Positions 53,705 to 64,000 of a DNA stretch of 64,000 nt are shown here, piece by piece. This DNA is from Octopus sinensis (lineage: Eukaryota), in NCBI RefSeq assembly GCF_006345805.1, contig NC_043023.1, forward strand, positions 682,001 through 746,000, written 5' to 3'. Position 1 is the first letter of the stretch. Every line of letters starts with the position of its first letter. A program made the translations under genes and the position numbers. Below the pieces are notes generated by a model. That model did not search any database. It was not told where the DNA came from and saw only the letters and a list, made by a program, of their open reading frames with translations.

Positions 53705-54115
53705 AGGCGCAGGAGTGGCTGTGTGGTAATTATCTTGCTTACCAACCACATGGTTCCAGGTTCAGTCCTACTGCGTGGCATCTTGGGCAAGTGTCTTCTG
53801 CTATAACCCAGGGCCGACCAATGCCTTGTGAGTGGATTTGGTAGACGGAAACTGAAAGAAGCCTGTCGTATATATATATATATATATATATGTTTGCGTG
53901 TGTATATGTTTGTGTGTGTGTGTTTGTCCCCCTAGCATTGCTTGACAACCAATGCTGGTGTGTTTATGTCCCCGTCACTTAGCGGTTCGGCAAAAGAGAC
54001 CGATAGAATAAGTACTGGGCTTACAAAGAACAAGTCCCGGGTCGATCTGCTCAACTAAAGGTGGTGCTCCAGCATGGCCGCAGTCAAATGACTGAAACAA
54101 GTAAAAGAGAGAAAG
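53705..54115 (+). mobile_element. Dominant SINE copy
   Basis: Collinear with 4705-5093. Confidence 0.9.
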
Positions 54116-54130
54116 AGATCTATAATATAT

Positions 54131-54191
<61 letters not shown>

Positions 54192-55082
54192 GGAAATGCA
54201 TGTATGTCTACATGTGTATATATATATCGTATATGTGTATATATAAGCACACACATGCATGTATACATTCCACTATAATTGTAATCCAAACAACACTGCA
54301 AGCTTTAGATACAGGCTTCCTCTCTTAATAGTTTATTGTTTGCTGAGGCAGCTTACACTTAATTCCTCCAATGTGGGAGACTGTTTCAAGAACCGAACAC
54401 TCTCTATCTTGCCATTATGGTGCCACACTCCCTCTTCCTGTGCATGTGACTGTTTCTGTAGCAGGTGTATTATCTCTTTATTGATCCGCCTGTTTGTACG
54501 GCATTGTTATCCAAAGTGAACATTGATCTCAGACCGAATTTAATTCTAATTATTTACATGAGAAACATAATCAGTCCGAAAGCAGGTTTGATTTATTAGA
54601 GGAAATTAAATTACACTCCACAAATATTGGCAACAAAAAGCTGTTTTGTGTTGTGTGTCAATGGAACGGATGTCGGGTAATATAATAAGCAATTACTTTA
54701 AATGAGAAGGTTTGTAAGAAATAAAGGGAAGAGAAAAGGGACTAGATTCCCATAGGTTTACAGAAAATATAACTAAAGGGAAAATGCAGTGTTAGCATAA
54801 TATATGGGGGTTGTAAGTTAAAATTGTTCGTTTTTGATGGGGTTTTTACCCTCCATTTACTTTAATCCATTCTAGGGTTATTGAATTAACATGAAAAATA
54901 TTTTCATTGTTGTATTTTAGGGTTTCTTGTTTTTTTTTTTGGTTCTTGCAGCCTCTGTTCTTCATCTACAACTTTTATTTATTGCTAAAACTTGAATAAA
55001 TTTTACCTCTTTTTAGATATATGACCATAGAATGCCAAGTAGAGAAAAAATACCCCTGAATGAATTTATCTGATAACCTAAT

Positions 55083-55137
<55 letters not shown>

Positions 55138-55462
55138 GTAACAAAAGAGATAAGGTGATCTTAAGTAAAAGTAATTATTAAGGTGGTATTTGGAGCATAA
55201 ATTAACATTAAATTTTGATGTAAAGTTTTAATTTACATTACTTCAACTCTTTTGGTAATATATTTCTGTTGAAATAAACTGCTTTTATTATGATTAATTT
55301 GGACAATAATTAAGAATTTAGTGACATAACTTTGTCGTCATCAAGCTGGGGTTTTCAAAAGGAATTGGTCTGAAATTTTGTTGGAGGGTTTTCATGTTGA
55401 TCAATTATCTCTTTTGTTGCAACTCATCCATCCATCCATCCGTCCATCCATCCGTCCGTCCG

Positions 55463-55499
<37 letters not shown>

Positions 55500-55723
55500 T
55501 TATCTATCTATTTATCTATCTGTCTATCTATTTATCAGTCTATCTATCCATCCATCTCCCTCTCTATCTATCTCTTTGCCTATCTGTCTGTCTATCTACC
55601 TCTCTATCTGTCTGCCTATCCATCCATCCATCCATCTATTTGCCTGTCTGTCTGTCTAACTGCCTGCATGCCTACCTACCTACTTTCCTTCCTTCCTTCC
55701 TTCCTTTCTTCCTTGATGGTTTG

Positions 55724-55919
55724 AATTAACATGAGAAATATTTTCATCCCAATATTTTATGTTTTTTTTTGTAGCATTACTTTTCCTCTACAACTTTTCT
55801 TTATCATTTATGAAATTTAAATTTTACCTCTTTTTAGACATACGTTGATTTAGGGCAAAGTAGAAAAAACCCCTGAATTTATCTGACATCCCAAAATATA
55901 TATACATATATGTGTGTGC

Positions 55920-55920
<1 letters not shown>
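55724..55920 (+). repeat. ~200-bp AT-rich module, near-identical to 61018-61225
   Basis: More diverged relatives at 54880-55090, 60480-60680 and 62946-63135. Confidence 0.85.
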
Positions 55921-55959
<39 letters not shown>

Positions 55960-57130
55960 GTCTTTTATCTTTTACTTGTTTCAGTCATTTGACTGTGGCC
56001 ATGCTGGGGCACTGCCTTGAAGGGTTTTAGTTGAACAAATTAATCCAAAGATTATTTATTATTTTTCTTTTGTTAAGCCTGGTACTTATTCTATTGATAT
56101 ATTTTGCCAAACTGCTAAGTTACAGGACATAAACACACCCACATTCGTTGTCAAATGGTGATGAGGGACAAACACAGACATAAAGACACACACACATAGA
56201 TATATCGTTCAACTATGGTAGTATTTGAATAATATTCTTAAGGCTGCAATTTACTCACGCACAGCTTCTTTCAAAGCTTGTCACTAATTTGGTTCTTAAC
56301 CAAACTGAAAGTTGTTAAGATTTTTTAAGATGACTGGTCCCTAGCTATATTTTGGCATAAAAAAATTGAAATTTGATCCAGCAGAAAAAATTTGCATCAA
56401 AATTTGTAGCAACATAGAAGAGTAAGTAACACCTCCAATCAAGTTTAGATCTAATTAACTTCTTTTATTGTAAAAACAATATATATTTATCTTAGCTTCA
56501 ATGATAGAAGAAAGCATGAAGAATTTCATAGTTTTGTTCCCATGCAACAAAAATTTGTATAAAAAAGTTTTAAGGTAAAATATCATGTAAAAAATATGAG
56601 GCAAAAAATTGGATTTAAGTATAATTAGTTTTTTAGTTTAAAACAAATTATATTTTAATTAAGCTTAAATGATAGAGCTCAATTCGAGGAATTTCATGCT
56701 ATCAACCTCATGCAATGAAGTTTTAAAAGAGAAAGTTACGAGAGTGTGTTTTTCAAATTTGAGGGCGACAATAAAGTTCTATACTTTTTGTGAATTTAGT
56801 TCTACAACGGGTCTTTTAATATATGTCAACGGCATCATTGAGGTAAGAAAAAAATTATCAACAACACTGCTAATTAGCACATTTGACACATTATTAATTA
56901 GCATAATAGCATAGCATGGAAAAAAATGGATTACATGGGAAAATGTGAGCAAGAGAAATAATATTCTTAAGATTATAAACCTGGAAAATTACAGGACAAG
57001 TTATTACACTTGGAAAAGTTAAAGGCAAGTTATTACATCTGGTAAAGTAGAGAACAATAAATTTTTTACTTAAAATATTGCAGCTAAGGATAAAATATAC
57101 ATACATATATTTATATGTGTATGTATGTAT

Positions 57131-60037
57131 AGGTAGACCCAGGAAAACCTGGGACGAGGTGGTGAAGCACAACCTTCGAACTTTAGGTCTCACCAAGGAA
57201 ATGACTGAAGACCGAGTCCTATGGAAGTGTGCTGTGCATGAGAGGACCCGGCAGGACTAGTCAGGCCATATCCCGTGGCCCCTACCTGGGACGTAGTCGA
57301 TCCACCTGTGCATACCTTCCTTCTTGTGACACTTGTGAAGACCTGCTGAGGCAAGTGAAAATCAATCAAAATAGATGAACATCAATGGAATTTGTATCTT
57401 TGTGGTACCAGTGCCTGTGGCACACAAGAAAACCATCCGAACGTGGCCGTAGCCAGTACCGCATCGACTGGCCTCCATGCTGTGGGAACATAGTGGCACA
57501 TAAAAACACCATCCGAAGACCCGGCAAGACTAGTCAGGTCATAACCCGTGGGCCCTACCTGGGACGTAGTCAGTCCACCTGTACATACCTTCCTTCTTGT
57601 GACACTTGTGAAGACCTGTTGAGGCAAGTGAAAATCAAAACAAATCAAAATAGATGAACATCAATGGAATTTGTATCTTTGTGGTACCAGTGCCGGTGGC
57701 ACACAAGAATCCATCCGAACGTGGCCGTAGTCAGTACCGCTTGTGGTACCAGTGCCGGTGGCACACAAGAATCCATCCGAACGTGGCCGTAGTCAGTACC
57801 GCATCACTGGCCATCGTGCTGTGGGCACATAACAAACACCATCCGGTCGTGGCCGTTCGCCAGCCTCATCTAGCACCTGTGTCGGTGGCACATAAAAAGT
57901 AGTCAGTACCGCTTGTGGTACCAGTGCTGGTGGCACACAAGAATCCATCCGAACATGGCCGTAGTCAGTACCGCATCACTGGCCATCGTGCTGTGAGCAC
58001 ATAACAAACACCATCCGGTCGTGGCCGTTCGCCAGCCTCATCTAGCACCTGTGTCGGTGGCACATAAAAACACCATCCGAAGACCCGGCAAGACTAGTCA
58101 GGCCATAAACCATGGCCCCTACCTGGGACGTAGTCAGTCCACCTGTGCATACCTTCCTCCTTGTGATACTTGTGAAGGCCTGTTGAGGCAAGTGAAAATC
58201 AAAATCAAAATCAAAATCAAAACAAATCAAAATAGATGAACATCAATGGAATTTGTATCTTTGTGGTACCAGTGCCGGTGGCACACAAGAGAAAGCCATC
58301 CGAAAGTGGCCGTAGCCAGTACCGCATCGACTGGCCTCCGTGCTGTGGGCACATGACAAACACCATCCGATCGTGGCCGTTCACCAGCCTCATCTAGCAC
58401 CTGTGTCGGTGGCACATAAAAACACCATCCGAAGACCCGGCAAGACTAGTCAGGCCATAACCATGGCCCCTACCTGGGACGTAGTCAGTCCACCTGTGCA
58501 TACCTTCCTCCTTGTGATACTTGTGAAGGCCTGTTGAGGCAAGTGAAAATCAAAATCAAAATCAAAATCAAAACAAATCAAAATAGATGAACATCAATGG
58601 AATTTGTATCTTTGTGGTACCAGTGCCGGTGGCACACAAGAGAAAGCCATCCGAAAGTGGCCGTAGCCAGTACCGCATCGACTGGCCTCCGTGCTGTGGG
58701 CACATGACAAACACCATCCGATCGTGGCCGTTCACCAGCCTCATCTAGCACCTGTGTCGGTGGCACATAAAAACACCATCCGAAGACCCGGCAAGACTAG
58801 TCAGGCCATAACCCATGGCCCCTACCTGGGACGTAGTCAGTCCACCTGTGCATACCTTCCTTCTTGTGACACTTGTGAAGACCTGTTGAGGCAAGTGAAA
58901 ATCAAAATCAAAATCAAAACAAATCAAAATAGATGAACATCAATGGAATCTGTATCTTTGTGGTACCAGTGCCGGTGGCACACATGAGAACCATCCGAAC
59001 GTGGCCATAGCCAGTTCCGCATCGACCGGCCTCCGTGCTGTGGCACGTAACAAACACCATCCGATCATGGCCGTTCGCCAGCCTCATCTGGCACCTGTGT
59101 CGGTGGCACATAAAAACACCATCCGAAGACCCGGCAAGACTAGTCAGTCCACCTGTGCATACCTTCCTTCTTGTGACACTTGTGAAGACCAGTTGAGGCA
59201 AGTGAAAATCAAAATCAAATCAAATCAAAATAGACAAAATAGATGAACATCAATGGAATTTGTATCTTGTGGTACCAGTGCCTGTGGCACACAAGAAATC
59301 CATCAGTGCTGTAGTCAGTGCGGTGGGCACATGACAAACACCATCCGATCGTGGCCGTTCGCCAGCCTCATCTAGCACCTGTGTCGGTGGCACATAAAAA
59401 CCCATCCGAAGACCCGGCAAGACTAGTCAGGCCATAACACATGGCCCCTACCTGGGACGTAGTCAGTCCACCTGTGCATACCTTCCTTCTTGTGACACTT
59501 GTGAAGACCTGTTGAGCAAGTGAAAATCAAAATCAAAACAAATCAAAATAGATGAACATCAATGGAATTTGTATCTTTGTGGTACCAGTGCCGGTGGCAC
59601 GTGGCACACAATAAAACCATCCGAACGTGGCCGTAGCCAGTACCGCATCGACTGGCCTCCGTGCTGTGGGCACATAACAAGCACCATCCGATCGTGGCCG
59701 TTTGCCAGCCTCATCTGGCACCTGTGTCGGTGGCACATAAAAACACCATCCGAGCGTGGCCGTCTGCCAGCCTCGTCTGGCACATGTGTCAGTGGCACAT
59801 AAAAAACACCATCCGAGCGTGGCCGTTTGCTAGCCTCGTCTGGCACCTGTGTCGGTGGCACATAAAATCACCCACTACACTCTCGGAGTGGTTGGCATTA
59901 GGAAGGGCATCCAGCTGTAGAAACACTGCCAGATCTGACTGGACTGGTGCAGCTTTCGGGCTCCCCAGACCCCAGTTGAACCATCCAACCCATGCTAGCA
60001 TGGAAAGCGGACGTTAAATGATGATGATGATGATGAT
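57131..60037 (+). mobile_element. RTE LINE 3' end with a tandemly amplified 3'UTR
   Basis: ORF end GRPRKTWDEVVKHNLRTLGLTKEMTEDRVLWK..RTRQD*. Motif ATAGATGAAC at 57371, 57650, 58232, 58583, 58929, 59239 and 59548. (GAT)n tail. Confidence 0.9.
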
Positions 60038-60059
60038 CACTGTACATAGACGGACAAAC

Positions 60060-60095
<36 letters not shown>

Positions 60096-60097
<2 letters not shown>

Positions 60098-60940
60098 GTT
60101 ATTGACCAGACTCTTGGATGTTGTTATACATCACTGATCACAATGCACTTTGCATCGTTTTTGCCTTTGAATAATGCCGTTTGTCTGGTTCAGTAGGCAG
60201 GCCAACATTCCTTCTAATTGGAAAGTCATTCCCTCACAGAGTGACCCATTTGCAGTTAAGTAGACTGGAGCAATGTGAAATGAAGTGTCTTGCTGAAGAA
60301 CGCAATGTGCCACTCCATCTGGCAATTGAACTCAGCATTGCTAGATCACGACAGCAACACATTTAGCCACTTGGCCATCACTGTACTTAGACGGACAGAC
60401 AGATACACACATAGATATATATTTGGCTATCAGATAAATTTATTTGCCTTCTTCCTTTCTTTTTGATCTTTTCCAGTTTTATTTCAATTAATAGAAAAAT
60501 ATTTTTATCAAAGCATTTTATGCTTATTTTTTTTCTTTGTAGTTCTATTCTTTGTCTGTGATTTTTGTTCTTCATTTTTGAAATTTTGGATAAATTTTAC
60601 CTTTTTTTCAGAAATATAACGATGCAGTGCCAAGTTGAAAAAAAGAAAAATGAATGAATTCATGAGACAAGCTAATAAAAAGTAAGTTAGATTTTTGCTT
60701 ATTTTTTGAAAAGTAGGAATGGGAAAATGGCAAAAAAAAACCCCTTTGTTTGTTTACAATAGCATAAACTGTGAAGCTGTGAAGGCGCATAGCTCTGTGG
60801 TTACTGTGATGAGGTAGTGAGTTTGATTCTCAGACCAGGCTGTTTGTGTGTTCTTGAGCAAGACACTTTATTTCAGGGTACTCCTGTTTAATGAGCTGTG
60901 ACATCAATGGTGCCAAGCTGTATCGGCCATTGCCTTTCCC
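60096..60940 (+). repeat. ~850-bp local duplication, copy 1 (copy 2 at 62552-63410)
   Basis: Collinear and highly similar; offset ~2456; both copies start right after a (TA)n tract. Confidence 0.92.
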
Positions 60941-61213
60941 TGCCTGCCTGTCTGTCTGTCTATCAATCGAGCTATCTATTGATCAATTTATAGATAGATG
61001 TGGAAGAATTGGTTTGAATTAACATGAGAAATATTTTCATCCCAATGTTTTTTGTTTTTTTTTGTAGCATTACTTTTCCTCTACAACTTTTCTTTATCAT
61101 TTATGAAATTTAAATTTTACCTCTTTTTAGACATACATTGATTTAGGGCAAAGTAGAAAAAACCCCTGAATTTATCTGACATCCCAAGATATATATATAT
61201 ACACATACATATA

Positions 61214-61265
<52 letters not shown>

Positions 61266-62187
61266 ATATACACACATATATATTATGTATGTATAAGATA
61301 ATAAAAGGAAAATAGAGACTTCAAACTGACGTATGTTAATTTTTTAACATAACATTTACATATATATAATCGCTACAATTGTAAACATGACTATAGACAA
61401 TAATAGACAATAATGATAGTATAACTTATGATATTATTCAAGTGTTGAGGATGAAGAATATTTTTCTGAATAGATATTTGCATAACAGATGATTTTTTTT
61501 CTTAACCACATAGAAGTGAAAATAAATATTTACTGTTTCACTATAGGTACATACTGACTTGTTTCTGTTTTAAAATACTAACGTGCAGGAACATAGTTTA
61601 ATTAATATTCTTAAATGTAAACAGACATATTTGATACATGTATTCGTATCTTTTATATTAGTCTTTATTTCTCTCGAGTGTAAGCGCCTTGAGAGAAAAG
61701 TTGTGTTGCAGTTTTTTGTAATGTTTTTGCAGCTTTAATAATTAAGTATATGCATGTATGTGTGTATATATATAGGGAGAATTCATGAAAAAACAAAAGA
61801 CGAAGACAGATGGTGTAGACAACTAACAGATATATTAGTATAACGCTCAGGAATTGAAAAAGTCTTTAACATTTCGAGCCTACGCTCTTCCACAGAAAGG
61901 AACACAGAAAGAAACAAGGAGAGAGAAAAAATGTGTGTAGTGGCTACTGATCTATCATGGCGAATGCCGGACAGAAAGATCATACAGGAGAGCTGTATAT
62001 ACGTGTATATATATGTGTATACATATATTCATGTATATATACATATGTATACATGTTTATATGTATATTTTTATTTATGTATATATATATATGCATATAC
62101 ATATATTTATATGTATACATATATTTATATGTATATGTATGTACATATATTTATATATATGTATACATATATTCATATGTATATGTA

Positions 62188-62225
<38 letters not shown>

Positions 62226-62250
62226 TATACATATATGTATATGTATGTAC

Positions 62251-62287
<37 letters not shown>

Positions 62288-64000
62288 TATACATATATTT
62301 ATATGCATATGTATGTACATATATTATATATATATATGCATATACATATATGTATATGTATGTACATATATATATATATATATATATATGCATATACATA
62401 TATGTATATGTATGTACATATATATATATATATATGCATATACATATATTTATATGTATATGTATGTACATATATATATATATATATGCATATACATATA
62501 TTTATATGTATGTACATATATATATATTTATATATATGTATATATATATATCTGTTATCAACCAGACTGTTGGATGTGGCTATACATCACTGATCACAAT
62601 GCACTTTGCATCGTTTTTGCCTTTGAATAAGGCCATCTGTCTGGTTCAGTAGGCAGGCCAACATTCTTTCTAATTGGTAAGTTATTCCGTCACAGAGTGA
62701 GCCATTTGTAGTTAAGTAGACTGCTGGAGCAATGTGAAATGAAGTGTCTTGCTGAAGAACACAATGTGCCACTCCATCTGGCAATTGAACTCATCATTGC
62801 TAGATCACGACAGCAACACATTTAGCCACTTGGCCATCACTGTACTTAGACGGACAGACAGATACACACATAGATATATATTTGGCTATCAGATAAATTT
62901 ATTTGCTTTCTTCCTTTCTTTTTGATCTTTTCCAGTTTTATTTCAATTAATAGAAAAATATTTTTATCAAAGCATTTTATGCTTATTTTTTTCTTTGTAG
63001 TTCTATTCTTCGTCTGTGATTTTTGTTCTTCATTTTTGAAATTTTGGATAAATTTTACCTTTTTTTCAGAAATATAACGATGCAGTGCCAAGTTGAAAAA
63101 AAGAAAAATGAATGAATTCATGAGACAAGCTAATAAAAAGTAAGTTAGATTTTTGCTTATTTTTTGAAAAGTAGGAATGGGAAAATGGCAAAAAAAAACC
63201 TTTGTTTGTTTACAATAGCATAAACTGTGAAGCTGTGAAGGCGCATAGCTCTGTGGTTACTGTGATGAGGTAGTGAGTTTGATTCTCAGACCGGGCTGTT
63301 TGTGTGTTCTTGAGCAAGACACTTTATTTCAGGGTACTCCAGTTTAATGATCTGTAGAAATGAGCTGTGACATCAATGGTGCCAAGCTGTATTGGTCCCT
63401 TTACCTTTCTCTTGGATAACATTGGTGGTGTGGAGAGAGGAGGCTGGTTTGCATGGGTGACTGCTGCCTGAACTTGTGCGTCGAAGGGGAACATTCTATT
63501 TGCAATCCCATGGTCATACATGACTGAAGCGGGGTCTTTAACCTGTACCCAAATTGTGTAACCTGTTGGTTTGAAAATTTCCACAAATCTAATAACTCAA
63601 CATTTAGAAGAGAGAAAAATAGAAAGAAATGGAACTATGGCTGTTGAGTATTGTTATTTTATTGGGTAAATTTGCGTGTTTGGAGGGAATTTGTATGTAT
63701 TTAAAGAAACTGATGTGGGAATAAAATCATGTTGGGGGTTATTTCTAATATGTCAAGTCTGTGTGTAAAGAAATGAAGAAAGGGCAGGAGAGAAAGAGAA
63801 AGGGTGAAAGACAGACAAGGCCAGGCATTGCAGACATTCTACATGGGTAATGGTCAGTGATGGTCACGAGTGGACAGCTATCACTATGTCTATAATTTTT
63901 TATTCTTTGAGTTTTATTTAAGTTCTTCATAACAGAGGTCAAGCTGGTTGCTAAAAAAGTGACAAAGCTATTTTGAATTAATCCTTTCGTTACTGTATTT

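Noticed and set aside
58180-58215. CTGTTGA-GGCAAGT-GAAA in each RTE array unit as a possible hammerhead
   Set aside because: There is no credible stem II, stem III or NUH. The sequence instead forms a CACTTG/CAAGTG hairpin in most units.
57400-59870. CRISPR-like look: CCATCCGA..GTGGCCGT recurring every ~50 bp
   Set aside because: The spacers are themselves repeated, the array lies in an RTE 3'UTR, the DNA is eukaryotic and there are no cas genes.

Overview
Eukaryotic, AT-rich, repeat-saturated DNA with no host protein-coding gene I can recognise. The SINE and LINE families and the extreme (TA)n/(TAA)n load look like an octopus (coleoid cephalopod) genome; that assignment is from memory of these repeat families, not from a search. 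Almost all ORFs in the track are microsatellite or SINE translations. The only substantial coding sequence is a Buster-type hAT transposon (5179-7653, 8-bp TSD CTCTAGAC). Its 589-aa transposase is intact apart from a 91-bp LINE 3' tail inserted with a 9-bp TSD, and it sits inside a decayed mariner. The window also has maT and mariner relics, a Dong/R4-like LINE end inside a (TAA)n tract, an RTE LINE whose 3'UTR is amplified to about 2.7 kb, more than 30 tRNA-derived SINE copies and local duplications. The most unusual signal, found by folding sequence by eye, is about 16 type I hammerhead-ribozyme motifs (CUGANGA...GAAA...NUH) from roughly seven unrelated families. These include (i) a fully canonical GUC-cleaving hammerhead present twice, exactly 957 nt apart, in a near-perfect tandem duplication (retrozyme-like layout), (ii) a tRNA-headed element ending in a Penelope-type minimal hammerhead, in inverted foldback pairs at two loci, and (iii) a family with a recurrent non-canonical CUGUNGA core. 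None of the folds was computed or tested.
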